From: Pleionea sp.
GTDB lineage: Bacteria > Pseudomonadota > Gammaproteobacteria > Enterobacterales > Kangiellaceae
DNA: 64,000 nt
Assembly: GCA_052032335.1 (NCBI GenBank)
Contig: JBPEWV010000145.1
Coordinates: 6,842-70,841, forward strand
Direction of reading: 5' to 3'
Shown here: in pieces, positions 19,113 through 28,113 of the stretch
How positions within the stretch are numbered: position 1 is the stretch's first letter
Layout: each line of letters begins with the position of its first letter
Notes under the pieces: model-generated
Database searches by the model: none
The model's input: only the letters and a program-made list of their open reading frames with translations
Told to the model about the DNA's origin: nothing
Made by a program: the position numbers and the translations under genes

Positions 19113-20822
19113 GTGGCGAATTTAGTAGAAGTAAAAGTTCCGGATATTGGCGATGCCTCCGAAGTCGACGTCATCGAAGTACTGGTGAGCGAAGGGGATC
19201 GCATTGAGAAAGAAGATTCTTTGATCACACTGGAAACCGACAAAGCGACGATGGACGTACCTTCGTCCGAGTCGGGAGTGGTCAAAGAAATCAAAATCAA
19301 AACCGGCGATAAAGTGTCGGAAGGTGACGTAATAGTTATGGTGGAGTGTGATGAGGGCGAATCTAGCTCCGACGACGCATCCGAATCAGACTCCGATACT
19401 GACTCATCAGCACAGACTGAAAATGCTTCGGCTGAAAGCGAAGCGTCAAGTTCCGATAAAAAACGTTCGAACGATGAAGGCTCGAAGAAAGAAAGCTCTG
19501 GGCAATCGGTCGAGAGAAAAGTAGAAATTCCGGATATCGGTGACGCCAGCGAAGTGGATGTTATCGAGATTTGTGTTTCCAAAGGTGACACAGTCGAAGA
19601 AAACGACAGTTTGATCGTTTTAGAAACCGACAAAGCGACGATGGAAGTGCCTTCGCCATTTGCCGGTGAAGTGATCGATATTCAGGTGAAAGAGGGCGAT
19701 AAAGTCAGCAAAGGCGATTTTATTGCCATTATGAAAGTAGCCGATTCAAATGCTGCTTCAAGTGATGCAGCTGAGTCTAAGCAAGAATCCTCCGGTCAGC
19801 AATCGCCAGGCAGCTCCGACATAGTTGAGGGGGACGATTCCAGTTCTGACAGTTCAGCGTCGGCGAAAAAAGCGCCGGTGCCCGACTATCCGCAGCACAC
19901 TCGCAAAAAGACTGAAGGTCTGGTGCACGCCAGTCCTGCGGTTCGTCGATTTGCCCGTGAACTTGGCGTCGATTTATCCAAAGTTTCGGGAACTGGTGCG
20001 AAAAACCGAGTGGTTAAAGAAGACGTTCAAAAGCACGTTAAATACGAGTTATCAAGACCCAAAGCAACGGCAGCCAGCGGTTCGACAGCAATGCCTGAAA
20101 TGCCTGAAATAGATTTCAGCAAATGGGGCGAGGTAGAAACCAAGCCGTTATCGCGTATTCAGAAGATCAGCAGTGTCAACCTGCACCGTAACTGGGTGAC
20201 TATTCCCCACGTAACTCAGCACGAAGACGCCGATATCACTGAGCTGGAAGCGTTCCGGAAATCGATGAAAGACGAGGCGGCGAAACAGGGGATCCGGTTA
20301 ACTCCGCTGGCTTTTGTGATGAAAGCCTTGGTCCACAGTTTAAAAGCTTTTCCCCGATTTAATGCTTCATTGGCCAATGACGGCGAAAATCTCATTTATA
20401 AGAAGTATTTTCATATCGGTGTTGCCGCCGATACGCCTGAAGGGCTGGTGGTTCCCGTGGTGCGTGATGTCGACCAAAAATCAGTTTATGACATTGCAAC
20501 CGAATTGGCAGAGTTAAGTGCCAAGGCTCGCGATAAAAAACTGGGTGCCGACGCAATGCAGGGCAGCACCTTTACCATCTCGTCGTTGGGTGGAATTGGT
20601 GGCACTGCCTTTACCCCGATCGTAGCCTGGCCGAATGTGGCCATATTGGGCTTGAGTAAAAACCAGATGAAACCGGTATGGAATGGCAGTGAATTCGAAC
20701 CGAGACTGATGTTACCCATGTCCCTATCGTACGATCATCGGGTTATTGATGGTGCGGACGCTGCGAGGTTCTGCGTCCATTTAGCGAATACCTTGAATGA
20801 TATTCGACGGGTTTTACTCTAA
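19113..20822 (+). CDS. aceF: Dihydrolipoamide acetyltransferase E2 with two lipoyl domains
   Basis: Two ETDKATM lipoyl motifs, HASPAVRRFARELG E3-binding domain and catalytic DHRVIDG. Confidence 0.98.
   Translation: MANLVEVKVPDIGDASEVDVIEVLVSEGDRIEKEDSLITLETDKATMDVPSSESGVVKEIKIKTGDKVSEGDVIVMVECDEGESSSDDASESDSDTDSSAQTENASAESEASSSDKKRSNDEGSKKESSGQSVERKVEIPDIGDASEVDVIEICVSKGDTVEENDSLIVLETDKATMEVPSPFAGEVIDIQVKEGDKVSKGDFIAIMKVADSNAASSDAAESKQESSGQQSPGSSDIVEGDDSSSDSSASAKKAPVPDYPQHTRKKTEGLVHASPAVRRFARELGVDLSKVSGTGAKNRVVKEDVQKHVKYELSRPKATAASGSTAMPEMPEIDFSKWGEVETKPLSRIQKISSVNLHRNWVTIPHVTQHEDADITELEAFRKSMKDEAAKQGIRLTPLAFVMKALVHSLKAFPRFNASLANDGENLIYKKYFHIGVAADTPEGLVVPVVRDVDQKSVYDIATELAELSAKARDKKLGADAMQGSTFTISSLGGIGGTAFTPIVAWPNVAILGLSKNQMKPVWNGSEFEPRLMLPMSLSYDHRVIDGADAARFCVHLANTLNDIRRVLL
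19233..19645 (+). repeat. Intragenic duplication of the lipoyl domain
   Basis: Identical 23-mer GAAACCGACAAAGCGACGATGGA at 19233-19255 and 19623-19645 within two similar coding blocks. Confidence 0.9.
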
Positions 20823-20965
20823 AAGTTAGTTTCTGAAAGCTAGAGTGGCCGCCTGCAGGCGGCCTGCTGCGTTTTGAAACGCATAATATTTGGGAAAGTG
20901 GCGCAGCTTGCGCTACAATTCGCACACTTTTTCGCTAACGCAAAGACAATTTAACAGAGGGTCAC

Positions 20966-22390
20966 ATGAGCAAAGGTGATATTAAGGCACAATTAGTAGT
21001 GCTGGGCGCGGGTCCTGGCGGCTATTCTGCAGCATTTCGCGCTGCAGATCTCGGACTTGACGTCGTATTGGTTGAGAAATACTCGACTTTGGGCGGTGTT
21101 TGTTTGAATGTAGGCTGTATACCATCGAAAGCGTTACTGCACACCGCGAAAGTGATTGACGATGCCGAGCATATGTCTGCGCATGGCGTAAAATTCAGCA
21201 AGCCAAAGATTGATCTGGACAAAATTCGTGACTACAAAGATGGCGTGGTCGGTCAGTTGACCAAAGGTTTGGCCGGTATGGCAAAAATGCGTAAAGTAAA
21301 GGTCGTTCAAGGAACCGCCAAGTTTGCAACTGACAAGTCTCTGGATGTGACCGACGCAGACGGCAAAACTCAAACTGTGAGCTTTGAAAATTGCATTATC
21401 GCTGCAGGCTCTCGTGTAGTGAACTTACCATTTTTACCCGAAGACGACCGTATCATGGATTCGACAGGCGCTTTAGAGCTGAAAGACATCCCCAAAAAGA
21501 TGTTGTGTCTGGGTGGTGGAATCATTGGTCTGGAAATGGCAACCGTTTATCGTGCTCTGGGGTCTAAAATTGATGTGGTTGAAATGGCCGATCAGTTGGT
21601 TCCAGCGGCCGATAAAGACGTCATTAAGGTGTATCAAAAATTTGTCTCCAAGCAGGTCGACAACATCATGCTGGAAACCAGTGTGACCAAAGTTGAGGCC
21701 AAGAAGGACGGTTTATACGTTACTTTTGAAGGTAAAAACGCACCTGAAAAACCTCAAAAATACGATCGCATCTTGTCTGCCGTTGGTCGTCGACCGAATG
21801 GTGATTTACTGGACGCGAAAAACGCAGGGGTTAACGTTGATGAACGAGGGTTTATTGCCGTCGACAAACAAATGCGCACTAACGTTCCTCACATTTACGC
21901 CATTGGTGATATTGTTGGTCAACCGATGTTAGCTCACAAAGCCGTGCATGAGGCTCATGTTGCTGCCGAAGTGATTGCCGGCAAGAAGCATTATTTCGAT
22001 CCCTTGTGCATTCCTTCAGTTGCCTATACCGATCCCGAAATTGCCTGGGTCGGTGTTACTGAGAAAGAAGCGAAAGAAAAGGGCATTGAAGTTGAAACGG
22101 CGGTTTTCCCTTGGGCAGCCAGCGGACGAGCCATTGGTGTGGGTCGTACCGAAGGTTTCTCGAAAACCATTTACGATAAATCATCTGGGCGAATCATCGG
22201 TGGCGCAATTATCGGTGTTAATGCTGGTGAACTTATTGCTGAAGTTGCATTGGCAATTGAAATGGGATGTGACGCAGAAGATCTGGCGTTAACCATTCAT
22301 CCGCATCCAACCTTGTCTGAATCGATTGGATTTACTGCAGAGGTTATGGAAGGATCGTGTACCGATCTTCCTCCGAAGCGTAAAAAGTAA
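20966..22390 (+). CDS. lpdA: Dihydrolipoamide dehydrogenase E3
   Basis: GAGPGG, GGVCLNVGCIPSK redox motif and HPHPTLSE. Confidence 0.99.
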   Translation: MSKGDIKAQLVVLGAGPGGYSAAFRAADLGLDVVLVEKYSTLGGVCLNVGCIPSKALLHTAKVIDDAEHMSAHGVKFSKPKIDLDKIRDYKDGVVGQLTKGLAGMAKMRKVKVVQGTAKFATDKSLDVTDADGKTQTVSFENCIIAAGSRVVNLPFLPEDDRIMDSTGALELKDIPKKMLCLGGGIIGLEMATVYRALGSKIDVVEMADQLVPAADKDVIKVYQKFVSKQVDNIMLETSVTKVEAKKDGLYVTFEGKNAPEKPQKYDRILSAVGRRPNGDLLDAKNAGVNVDERGFIAVDKQMRTNVPHIYAIGDIVGQPMLAHKAVHEAHVAAEVIAGKKHYFDPLCIPSVAYTDPEIAWVGVTEKEAKEKGIEVETAVFPWAASGRAIGVGRTEGFSKTIYDKSSGRIIGGAIIGVNAGELIAEVALAIEMGCDAEDLALTIHPHPTLSESIGFTAEVMEGSCTDLPPKRKK

Positions 22391-22403
22391 ATCGCAAAGA
22401 CTT

Positions 22404-22437
22404 AATAAAAAAGGCGCTTTTAAGCGCCTTTTTTATT
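22404..22437 (+). terminator. Intrinsic terminator after lpdA, potentially bidirectional
   Basis: AATAAAAAAGGCGCTT-TT-AAGCGCCTTTTTTATT. Confidence 0.9.
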
Positions 22438-22632
22438 GGTCAATAGAAATGAATATCTATCTGTTTTCTGCCCATTTTCGCGCATCGGATGAATTTAGAG
22501 AACTGAAACACAGATTTATTTTTATTTGTTTATACTCTATGTTGTTAAAGAAAGCTCAGCTTTGATTGTCCGGCAATCGACTGAGCATTAATGCTGTTAA
22601 CCGAGCATATTTTCGTCATTTAAGGTGATTTA

Positions 22633-24300
22633 ATGGTTTTAAGACCGAATATCGATCCTGAGCAGATCCCCATGCCCGACGAAAATATTTTTCGTCTAAT
22701 AAAAGCCTGTACCGATGTCGATATCGAAGTCGAAGAACTGTCGGCGATCATTAGTTCGAATGCTGTAATATCAAGCCGATTATTAAGCATGGCGAATTCG
22801 GCTTTTTATTCGTTTGAACAAACCATTGAGTCGGTTTCGCACGCCATTGTGGCTATGGGGACGGCGGTGGTGAAAAATATTACCTTGTGCATTGCGATTA
22901 AAGAATCTGTTGCACAAATCGAGTTACCAGAATTAGACATCAATGGATTTTGGAAGGATTCGATGTTTCGCGCGGTAGCATGCCAACTTTGGCTCGAAAA
23001 ACTAAGTGATAAGGATTGTAATGCTCACTCAAAATCAGAGGCCTTTACCTGTGGGATTCTTGCTGACCTTGGATTTTTAGTACTGTTTATTCTGGAACCG
23101 GATAAGTCGGATCGCTGGGGATCTTTGGTCGCGAATACGCCAAAGCAAAGGCTAAAAATGGAACAACAGTTGTTCGAAACCGATCATTGCCAAATGGGTG
23201 CCCACTTGCTCTCGCAATGGGGATTGCCCTCTGTGTATTGTACTGCGATTGCCAATCATCATAATGACAAATTGTCTGATCTCTTAACTCGCTGTCTTTT
23301 TCTCGCCGACTGGAGTGTTGCACTATTGCAGAGCTGTAATAAAGCCGAGGCATTGCAAGTTTTAGATACCAATCAATCGTCTTTTAATAAAACAGACTTG
23401 TCTCTGTTTTTTAATGAATTAGCAGAAAAAGCCATTGCTATGGCGACATCGATGGATGTTGGAAATGTCTCTGAATTCGACTTGAATGAAGTTTTTCATC
23501 AAGCCAATCAGAAGCTTGCTGAAGATAACCTGAGTTATCAGGAGTTAACTTGGCAGTTGCAAAAAGCCTTGTCTGAGCGGGACAAACTGGCTCAAAAATT
23601 AAACCTTGAGCTCGAAATCGCTCGCGAGATTCAGCAAAGTTTTCAGTCAGATATTTCTTATCGTGACTATGTTGCTGCGATCAATATCCCGGCGAAAGCC
23701 TTGAGCGGTGATTTTTTTGATTATTACGAACACCGCGATGGACTGATAACCTTTTGCCTGGGTGACGTTTCTGGTAAAGGGACACACGCCGCTCTGGTAA
23801 TGGCAAAAACAATCTCTTTGTATCGGTGTTTATCAAAGGTCGAACGTGACCTTCAAACGATCGTCGAATTAATTAATGACGAAATTTGCGAAACATCAAT
23901 TCGTGGTATGTTTGTTACCTTTGTTGCCGGACGTTTTGACCGAAACCAAAATCATCTTGAGATTGTTAATGCGGGTCACATTCCGGCGTTGCAAGTTGGT
24001 GAGAATTCGATACGGCAAATTGAACCTCAGGGACCACCTCTGGGGGTTGTCGAGGGTGTCACTTATACGCCTGAGAACATTGTTTTCGATAATCATCGTT
24101 TGTATTTGTACACCGATGGTATTACTGAAGCGCGAAAGAGTAATGGCGATGAATTAGGTACCAAGGAGTTTGTAAAGTGGGTGGTTGAGTCAAAAAATCT
24201 GTCGTTAAAAGAACAATTGTCCTGGTTACAACGACGCTTTGAATCCGATATCTGTGCCTGGGAAGACGATTTGACACTAATGATGCTCTCGAGCCGCTGA
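22633..24300 (+). CDS. HDOD domain-coiled coil-SpoIIE/PP2C phosphatase fusion
   Basis: N-terminal RLLSMANSAFY...SVSHAI, EAFTCGILADLG, HCQMGAHLLSQWGLP; C-terminal LSGDFFD, LGDVSGKG, VNAGH, LYTDGITEA and EDDLTL. Confidence 0.85.
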   Translation: MVLRPNIDPEQIPMPDENIFRLIKACTDVDIEVEELSAIISSNAVISSRLLSMANSAFYSFEQTIESVSHAIVAMGTAVVKNITLCIAIKESVAQIELPELDINGFWKDSMFRAVACQLWLEKLSDKDCNAHSKSEAFTCGILADLGFLVLFILEPDKSDRWGSLVANTPKQRLKMEQQLFETDHCQMGAHLLSQWGLPSVYCTAIANHHNDKLSDLLTRCLFLADWSVALLQSCNKAEALQVLDTNQSSFNKTDLSLFFNELAEKAIAMATSMDVGNVSEFDLNEVFHQANQKLAEDNLSYQELTWQLQKALSERDKLAQKLNLELEIAREIQQSFQSDISYRDYVAAINIPAKALSGDFFDYYEHRDGLITFCLGDVSGKGTHAALVMAKTISLYRCLSKVERDLQTIVELINDEICETSIRGMFVTFVAGRFDRNQNHLEIVNAGHIPALQVGENSIRQIEPQGPPLGVVEGVTYTPENIVFDNHRLYLYTDGITEARKSNGDELGTKEFVKWVVESKNLSLKEQLSWLQRRFESDICAWEDDLTLMMLSSR

Positions 24301-25275
24301 TCAGTTCTGTTTCGGTTTGGTTTCTGGGATGCCAACTGCCCCTTCAATTGGCGTGACTTTCGATTTGCTTAGGGCAGTAATTGCCGAGCCTGCTACAACG
24401 ATCAAAGCGCCAAAAATGCTGATATGGTTGAGGGATTCAGGTTGAATATAGTTTGGTGCATAGAGAAAGGTTATATGCATGAATAATAAAGTGAGTAGAG
24501 GAGTGATGGCCAAGGTCGCACTAACTCGCGACGCCTCCCAGTGAGCCAGCGCTTCAGCAAAGGCGCCATAAGCAATCAAAGTATTTGCCCCACAAAAGAT
24601 TAATAAATACCAGCCCAGCGTATCGAGCTCAAACACGAGACTGGCGTCGGAGCCAGGTATAAAAATCAGTGAGCCGAGCAGATACACCATGATCATGATT
24701 TGTTCAGAACTGAAGTGCATCAATAACTGTTTTTGTGCGAGCGCATAGGCTGCCCAAAGTACGCCAGCAATAAAAATTAGGAACAGCCCGACAGTGAATT
24801 GGTGCTCAGTGTTTAATAATTCATCGAATCGTTGATTAAAAAATAAAACCAGGCCAACACAAAAGGTAATTAGGCCAAACCATTGCTGAAGACGGAAGCT
24901 CTCTTTGAATATGACTAGGCCGCCGAGGAGCAAGAGCATGGGAGCCGTTTGAATCATCACCTGGGCACTCCCCGGTGAAACCCTGGACAATCCCAGCATG
25001 TAAACCAGGTAATTGCCCAGTAATCCGACGATTACGACGATAGTGAGTAATAAGATGCTTTTGCGAGAAAGTAGAGAGAGTTTTGGAAGCTTTCTTCGAT
25101 AGCAAAGATAAGCTCCTAATAACAGGCCCGCGATCAGGAATCTAAGCCAGGTAATCGTTACGGCGTCCATGTAATGCAACAACCCTTTGAGCGCGATAGG
25201 CAGAAGTCCCCATAACACTGCTGTGACAAGAGATAAAAGTAGTCCTAACTTCCACTGGCCAGATGTTGTATGCAT
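24301..25275 (-). CDS. DMT/EamA family transporter
   Basis: 10 TM segments in two EamA repeats (LWGLLPIALK; EALAHWEASRVS). Confidence 0.9.
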   Translation of the reverse strand: MHTTSGQWKLGLLLSLVTAVLWGLLPIALKGLLHYMDAVTITWLRFLIAGLLLGAYLCYRRKLPKLSLLSRKSILLLTIVVIVGLLGNYLVYMLGLSRVSPGSAQVMIQTAPMLLLLGGLVIFKESFRLQQWFGLITFCVGLVLFFNQRFDELLNTEHQFTVGLFLIFIAGVLWAAYALAQKQLLMHFSSEQIMIMVYLLGSLIFIPGSDASLVFELDTLGWYLLIFCGANTLIAYGAFAEALAHWEASRVSATLAITPLLTLLFMHITFLYAPNYIQPESLNHISIFGALIVVAGSAITALSKSKVTPIEGAVGIPETKPKQN

Positions 25276-25478
25276 TTGGTTACACCTTCAAATCGACACG
25301 GCGGATTATGGATAATTCGTTCGATAAAAGCCAGCAAAATGTAATGGTCGGCAATGCCGACGGCAGTTTGGTAAAAACTGTGAAGTTTGACAAATCTGTA
25401 TCCAAATTTTTCCTGAACGATGAAGCTGAGTCAGGTATATGCTATCTTTGTTAGCTGAATTTTACGGTTTCTTATTGT

Positions 25479-26264
25479 ATGCATAACTTCTCACAGGAAA
25501 ATGACAAAACCTTATCTTTGTTGTTAGTCAGTTTAGGCATAACCGCAATACTGATGCTGGCCGTTTTTTATTTGCCCGGTCAATCGACCCAGCAAGACCC
25601 GCTGCAAGTAGAGCTCCCGGACTTAAGTCAGGTGAAAGATATTGGGTTGCGAAAGCAGATGTTTTTTGATTTTTTGCGTCCTCTGGTGAAGCGGGTCAAT
25701 AATTCCATACGCCAGGACCGTAAAACCTTGATTGAAATCATGGAGCATTTTGAAGAATCTGGTGAATTGGGACGTTCAATGAATCAGCAACTGGTGCAAT
25801 TGGCAAACCGGTATCGTCTTGACTCGCCGGGCGAATTGCCAGTTGAGGCACTGGTAAACGAACTTAGACTGAGAATTAACGTCATACCGAGTGCTCTGGT
25901 ATTGGCTCAAGCGGCTAATGAATCGGCCTGGGGCCGTTCTCGATTTGCTGTTCAAGGGAATAATTTATTTGGGCAGTGGTGTTTCGAGCCTGGGTGCGGA
26001 ATTGTGCCGAAAGGGCGTCCAGAAGGAAAGAAGTATGAAGTCGCAACCTTCGAATCACCGCTGGAATCAGTTCGCAGTTATATGATGAACTTGAATACCT
26101 TCAGTGCGTACGAAAGTTTGCGTAAGAGACGCCAAGAGATGCTGCGAAAAAATGGCTCAATCTCTGGGATTAAGCTTGCTGAAGAGCTTGTTAATTACTC
26201 CACCCGGCGTGAAGAGTACGTTCGTGAAATTCAGGCCATGATCCGTCAGAATAGCCTTGAGTAG
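25479..26264 (+). CDS. Bax-like mannosyl-glycoprotein endo-beta-N-acetylglucosaminidase domain protein
   Basis: N-terminal TM, RKQMFFDFLRP, AQAANESAWGRSRFAVQGNNLFGQWC, YMMNLNT and YSTRREEY. Confidence 0.85.
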   Translation: MHNFSQENDKTLSLLLVSLGITAILMLAVFYLPGQSTQQDPLQVELPDLSQVKDIGLRKQMFFDFLRPLVKRVNNSIRQDRKTLIEIMEHFEESGELGRSMNQQLVQLANRYRLDSPGELPVEALVNELRLRINVIPSALVLAQAANESAWGRSRFAVQGNNLFGQWCFEPGCGIVPKGRPEGKKYEVATFESPLESVRSYMMNLNTFSAYESLRKRRQEMLRKNGSISGIKLAEELVNYSTRREEYVREIQAMIRQNSLE

Positions 26265-26391
26265 AATGAACCAAGGCGCTTCTTGCCTGTCAATTTCAGA
26301 CGGAGTCTTATATTCGGTTGCTCTAGTCGTTAAATTAAGTACAATCTACATCTAAAGTTTATCCCTCCCGCCTTGGTATCTGGAGTCTGTA

Positions 26392-27084
26392 GTGAATTTT
26401 GAAAGTGAGTTTCGACAAATTGGTGAAGTTGATGTTTCAGAGATTAAGCGTTTAATTAATGAGCTTAAGCCTGAGTCCTGGAATGAGAACTCGATTCGTC
26501 AAAATGTTTATGATGTTCACGCAGATACCGAAACCATTAACTTGGCGTGGGATAGTGATTTTCGCCATGTTAACCCAACTCGGCATCCCATGCTTCAAAC
26601 TTTTGCTGAACCGTTAAGGCCGATGTTTCAATTGATAGCCGATTATTATGAAAACTCGGTGCGTTGGCAGGACTATTTTCGCAAAAATGGTCACGGATAT
26701 TTTATCAGGGCAAATATAGTAAAACTGATAGCTGGTGGAAAAATTAAAGAACACCGAGATAAGAATTTTTCATTAGCTCATTCCCATAGAATACATATCC
26801 CGATTATTACCAATGATAAAGTTATATTTAACATTGGTGATTTATCCATGAATATGCTCGAGGGTGAAGTTATTGAAATTAATAATCGAATGAATCACTC
26901 GGTGGTGAATGACAGTCAGCAAGATCGAGTGCATTTGATATTGGATTGGGTTGTTCCGGGTGAACCATGTTGTTGTGCTGATAAAACGCATCCGGGTATT
27001 CCATGCTCGCCACAAGCCTGCCTCGAGACGGATCGGTTGAAAATAGCTTGTCATTGTTTTTCACATACCTTACCTGCTCAGTAA
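26392..27084 (+). CDS. Aspartyl/asparaginyl beta-hydroxylase domain (2OG-Fe(II)) protein with a Cys-rich C-terminal tail
   Basis: HRD...HRIHIPIITN...EINNRMNHSVVN...RVHLILD facial triad pattern; GTG start preceded by GGAG. Confidence 0.85.
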   Translation: MNFESEFRQIGEVDVSEIKRLINELKPESWNENSIRQNVYDVHADTETINLAWDSDFRHVNPTRHPMLQTFAEPLRPMFQLIADYYENSVRWQDYFRKNGHGYFIRANIVKLIAGGKIKEHRDKNFSLAHSHRIHIPIITNDKVIFNIGDLSMNMLEGEVIEINNRMNHSVVNDSQQDRVHLILDWVVPGEPCCCADKTHPGIPCSPQACLETDRLKIACHCFSHTLPAQ

Positions 27085-27096
27085 GCTTCCGGAGAC

Positions 27097-28023
27097 ATGA
27101 TGCAAAGAAAGCAAGAGTTGCTTCGAATTGCTCAATCTGTCTTACAACGCTTTTCGAGTGACGAGATTGAGCGACTACTTGGTTCTCCGATCATAATCGT
27201 GTCATCGCCCAGAGCGGGCAGTACTCTTTTATTTGAACAGTTACAAAAAGTACCTGGTATCTGGTCAATTGGTGGAGAAAGTCATTTTATCTTTAATTCG
27301 TTTCCGCATTTGCGGGCAGAAAATAGAGAGTTAGACTCAGGTGCTTTAGATCAACATCATGCAGACAGCTCTACCATCGAATTAATGCGGGCATGCTTTT
27401 TATACCTTGCTCGCAATCATCAAGGCCTTCCATTTCTTCATCCTCAAAATAGAGATTCAAACTCTAGCTTCTCATTATTAGAAAAGACGCCTAGAAACGC
27501 TTTGAATATTCCATTCTTAAAGGCTGTTTTTCCAAATGCCCGGTTTATTTATTTGCACCGTGATCCGAAAGAGAATATAGCTTCGATCACCGAAGCCTGG
27601 AAACTCGGACTAAGAACGGGGCAGTTTGTAACCTTTCGAGACCTTCCAGGCTGGGATCGTCAAGCATGGTGTTTTTTGTTGCCAAGAGGATGGCGTAAAC
27701 TGAAAGGCCACTCTTTAGTCGAGGTTGCTACCTTTCAGTGGGTAGAAAGTAATAAAGCTATTGTCACTGAACTTGAGACAATGCCAAAAGCGAACTGGAG
27801 GAAGATTTGTTATCAGGATTTAATAGAGCACACGGAGGATTCTTTAAACAACTTATGTCGGTTTATTGGTGTTGAGTATCCAGTCGAGCTTGAGCAGCGA
27901 TTAGCGCATTCAAGGACTACGATTTCACCACCCAACCCTGATAAGTGGAAAGTTTATCAGAATGAAATTCATTCTGTTACTGAACAATATGAACCGATAG
28001 TCGAAAGAATTCGTAGGCTTTAG
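27097..28023 (+). CDS. PAPS-dependent sulfotransferase (Sulfotransfer_3-like)
   Basis: 5'-PSB motif IVSSPRAGSTLL, EKTP and 3'-PB motif IYLHRDPKENIAS. Confidence 0.85.
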   Translation: MMQRKQELLRIAQSVLQRFSSDEIERLLGSPIIIVSSPRAGSTLLFEQLQKVPGIWSIGGESHFIFNSFPHLRAENRELDSGALDQHHADSSTIELMRACFLYLARNHQGLPFLHPQNRDSNSSFSLLEKTPRNALNIPFLKAVFPNARFIYLHRDPKENIASITEAWKLGLRTGQFVTFRDLPGWDRQAWCFLLPRGWRKLKGHSLVEVATFQWVESNKAIVTELETMPKANWRKICYQDLIEHTEDSLNNLCRFIGVEYPVELEQRLAHSRTTISPPNPDKWKVYQNEIHSVTEQYEPIVERIRRL

Positions 28024-28113
28024 CATCGGTGATTAGCGTGGCATTTTTTTGACTGGTAAAGTTATTGGATTGAAGTAGACTTTATCCGACGAACACAAAT
28101 GAAAAAGCGATTA

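Noticed and set aside
26266-26355. 29-aa ORF (MNQGASCLSISDGVLYSVALVVKLSTIYI) just upstream of the hydroxylase-sulfotransferase pair, considered as a RiPP precursor
   Set aside because: Weak RBS, no acidic DY sulfation context or leader features, and it occupies the likely promoter region. Ribo-seq or conservation would be needed to revive it.
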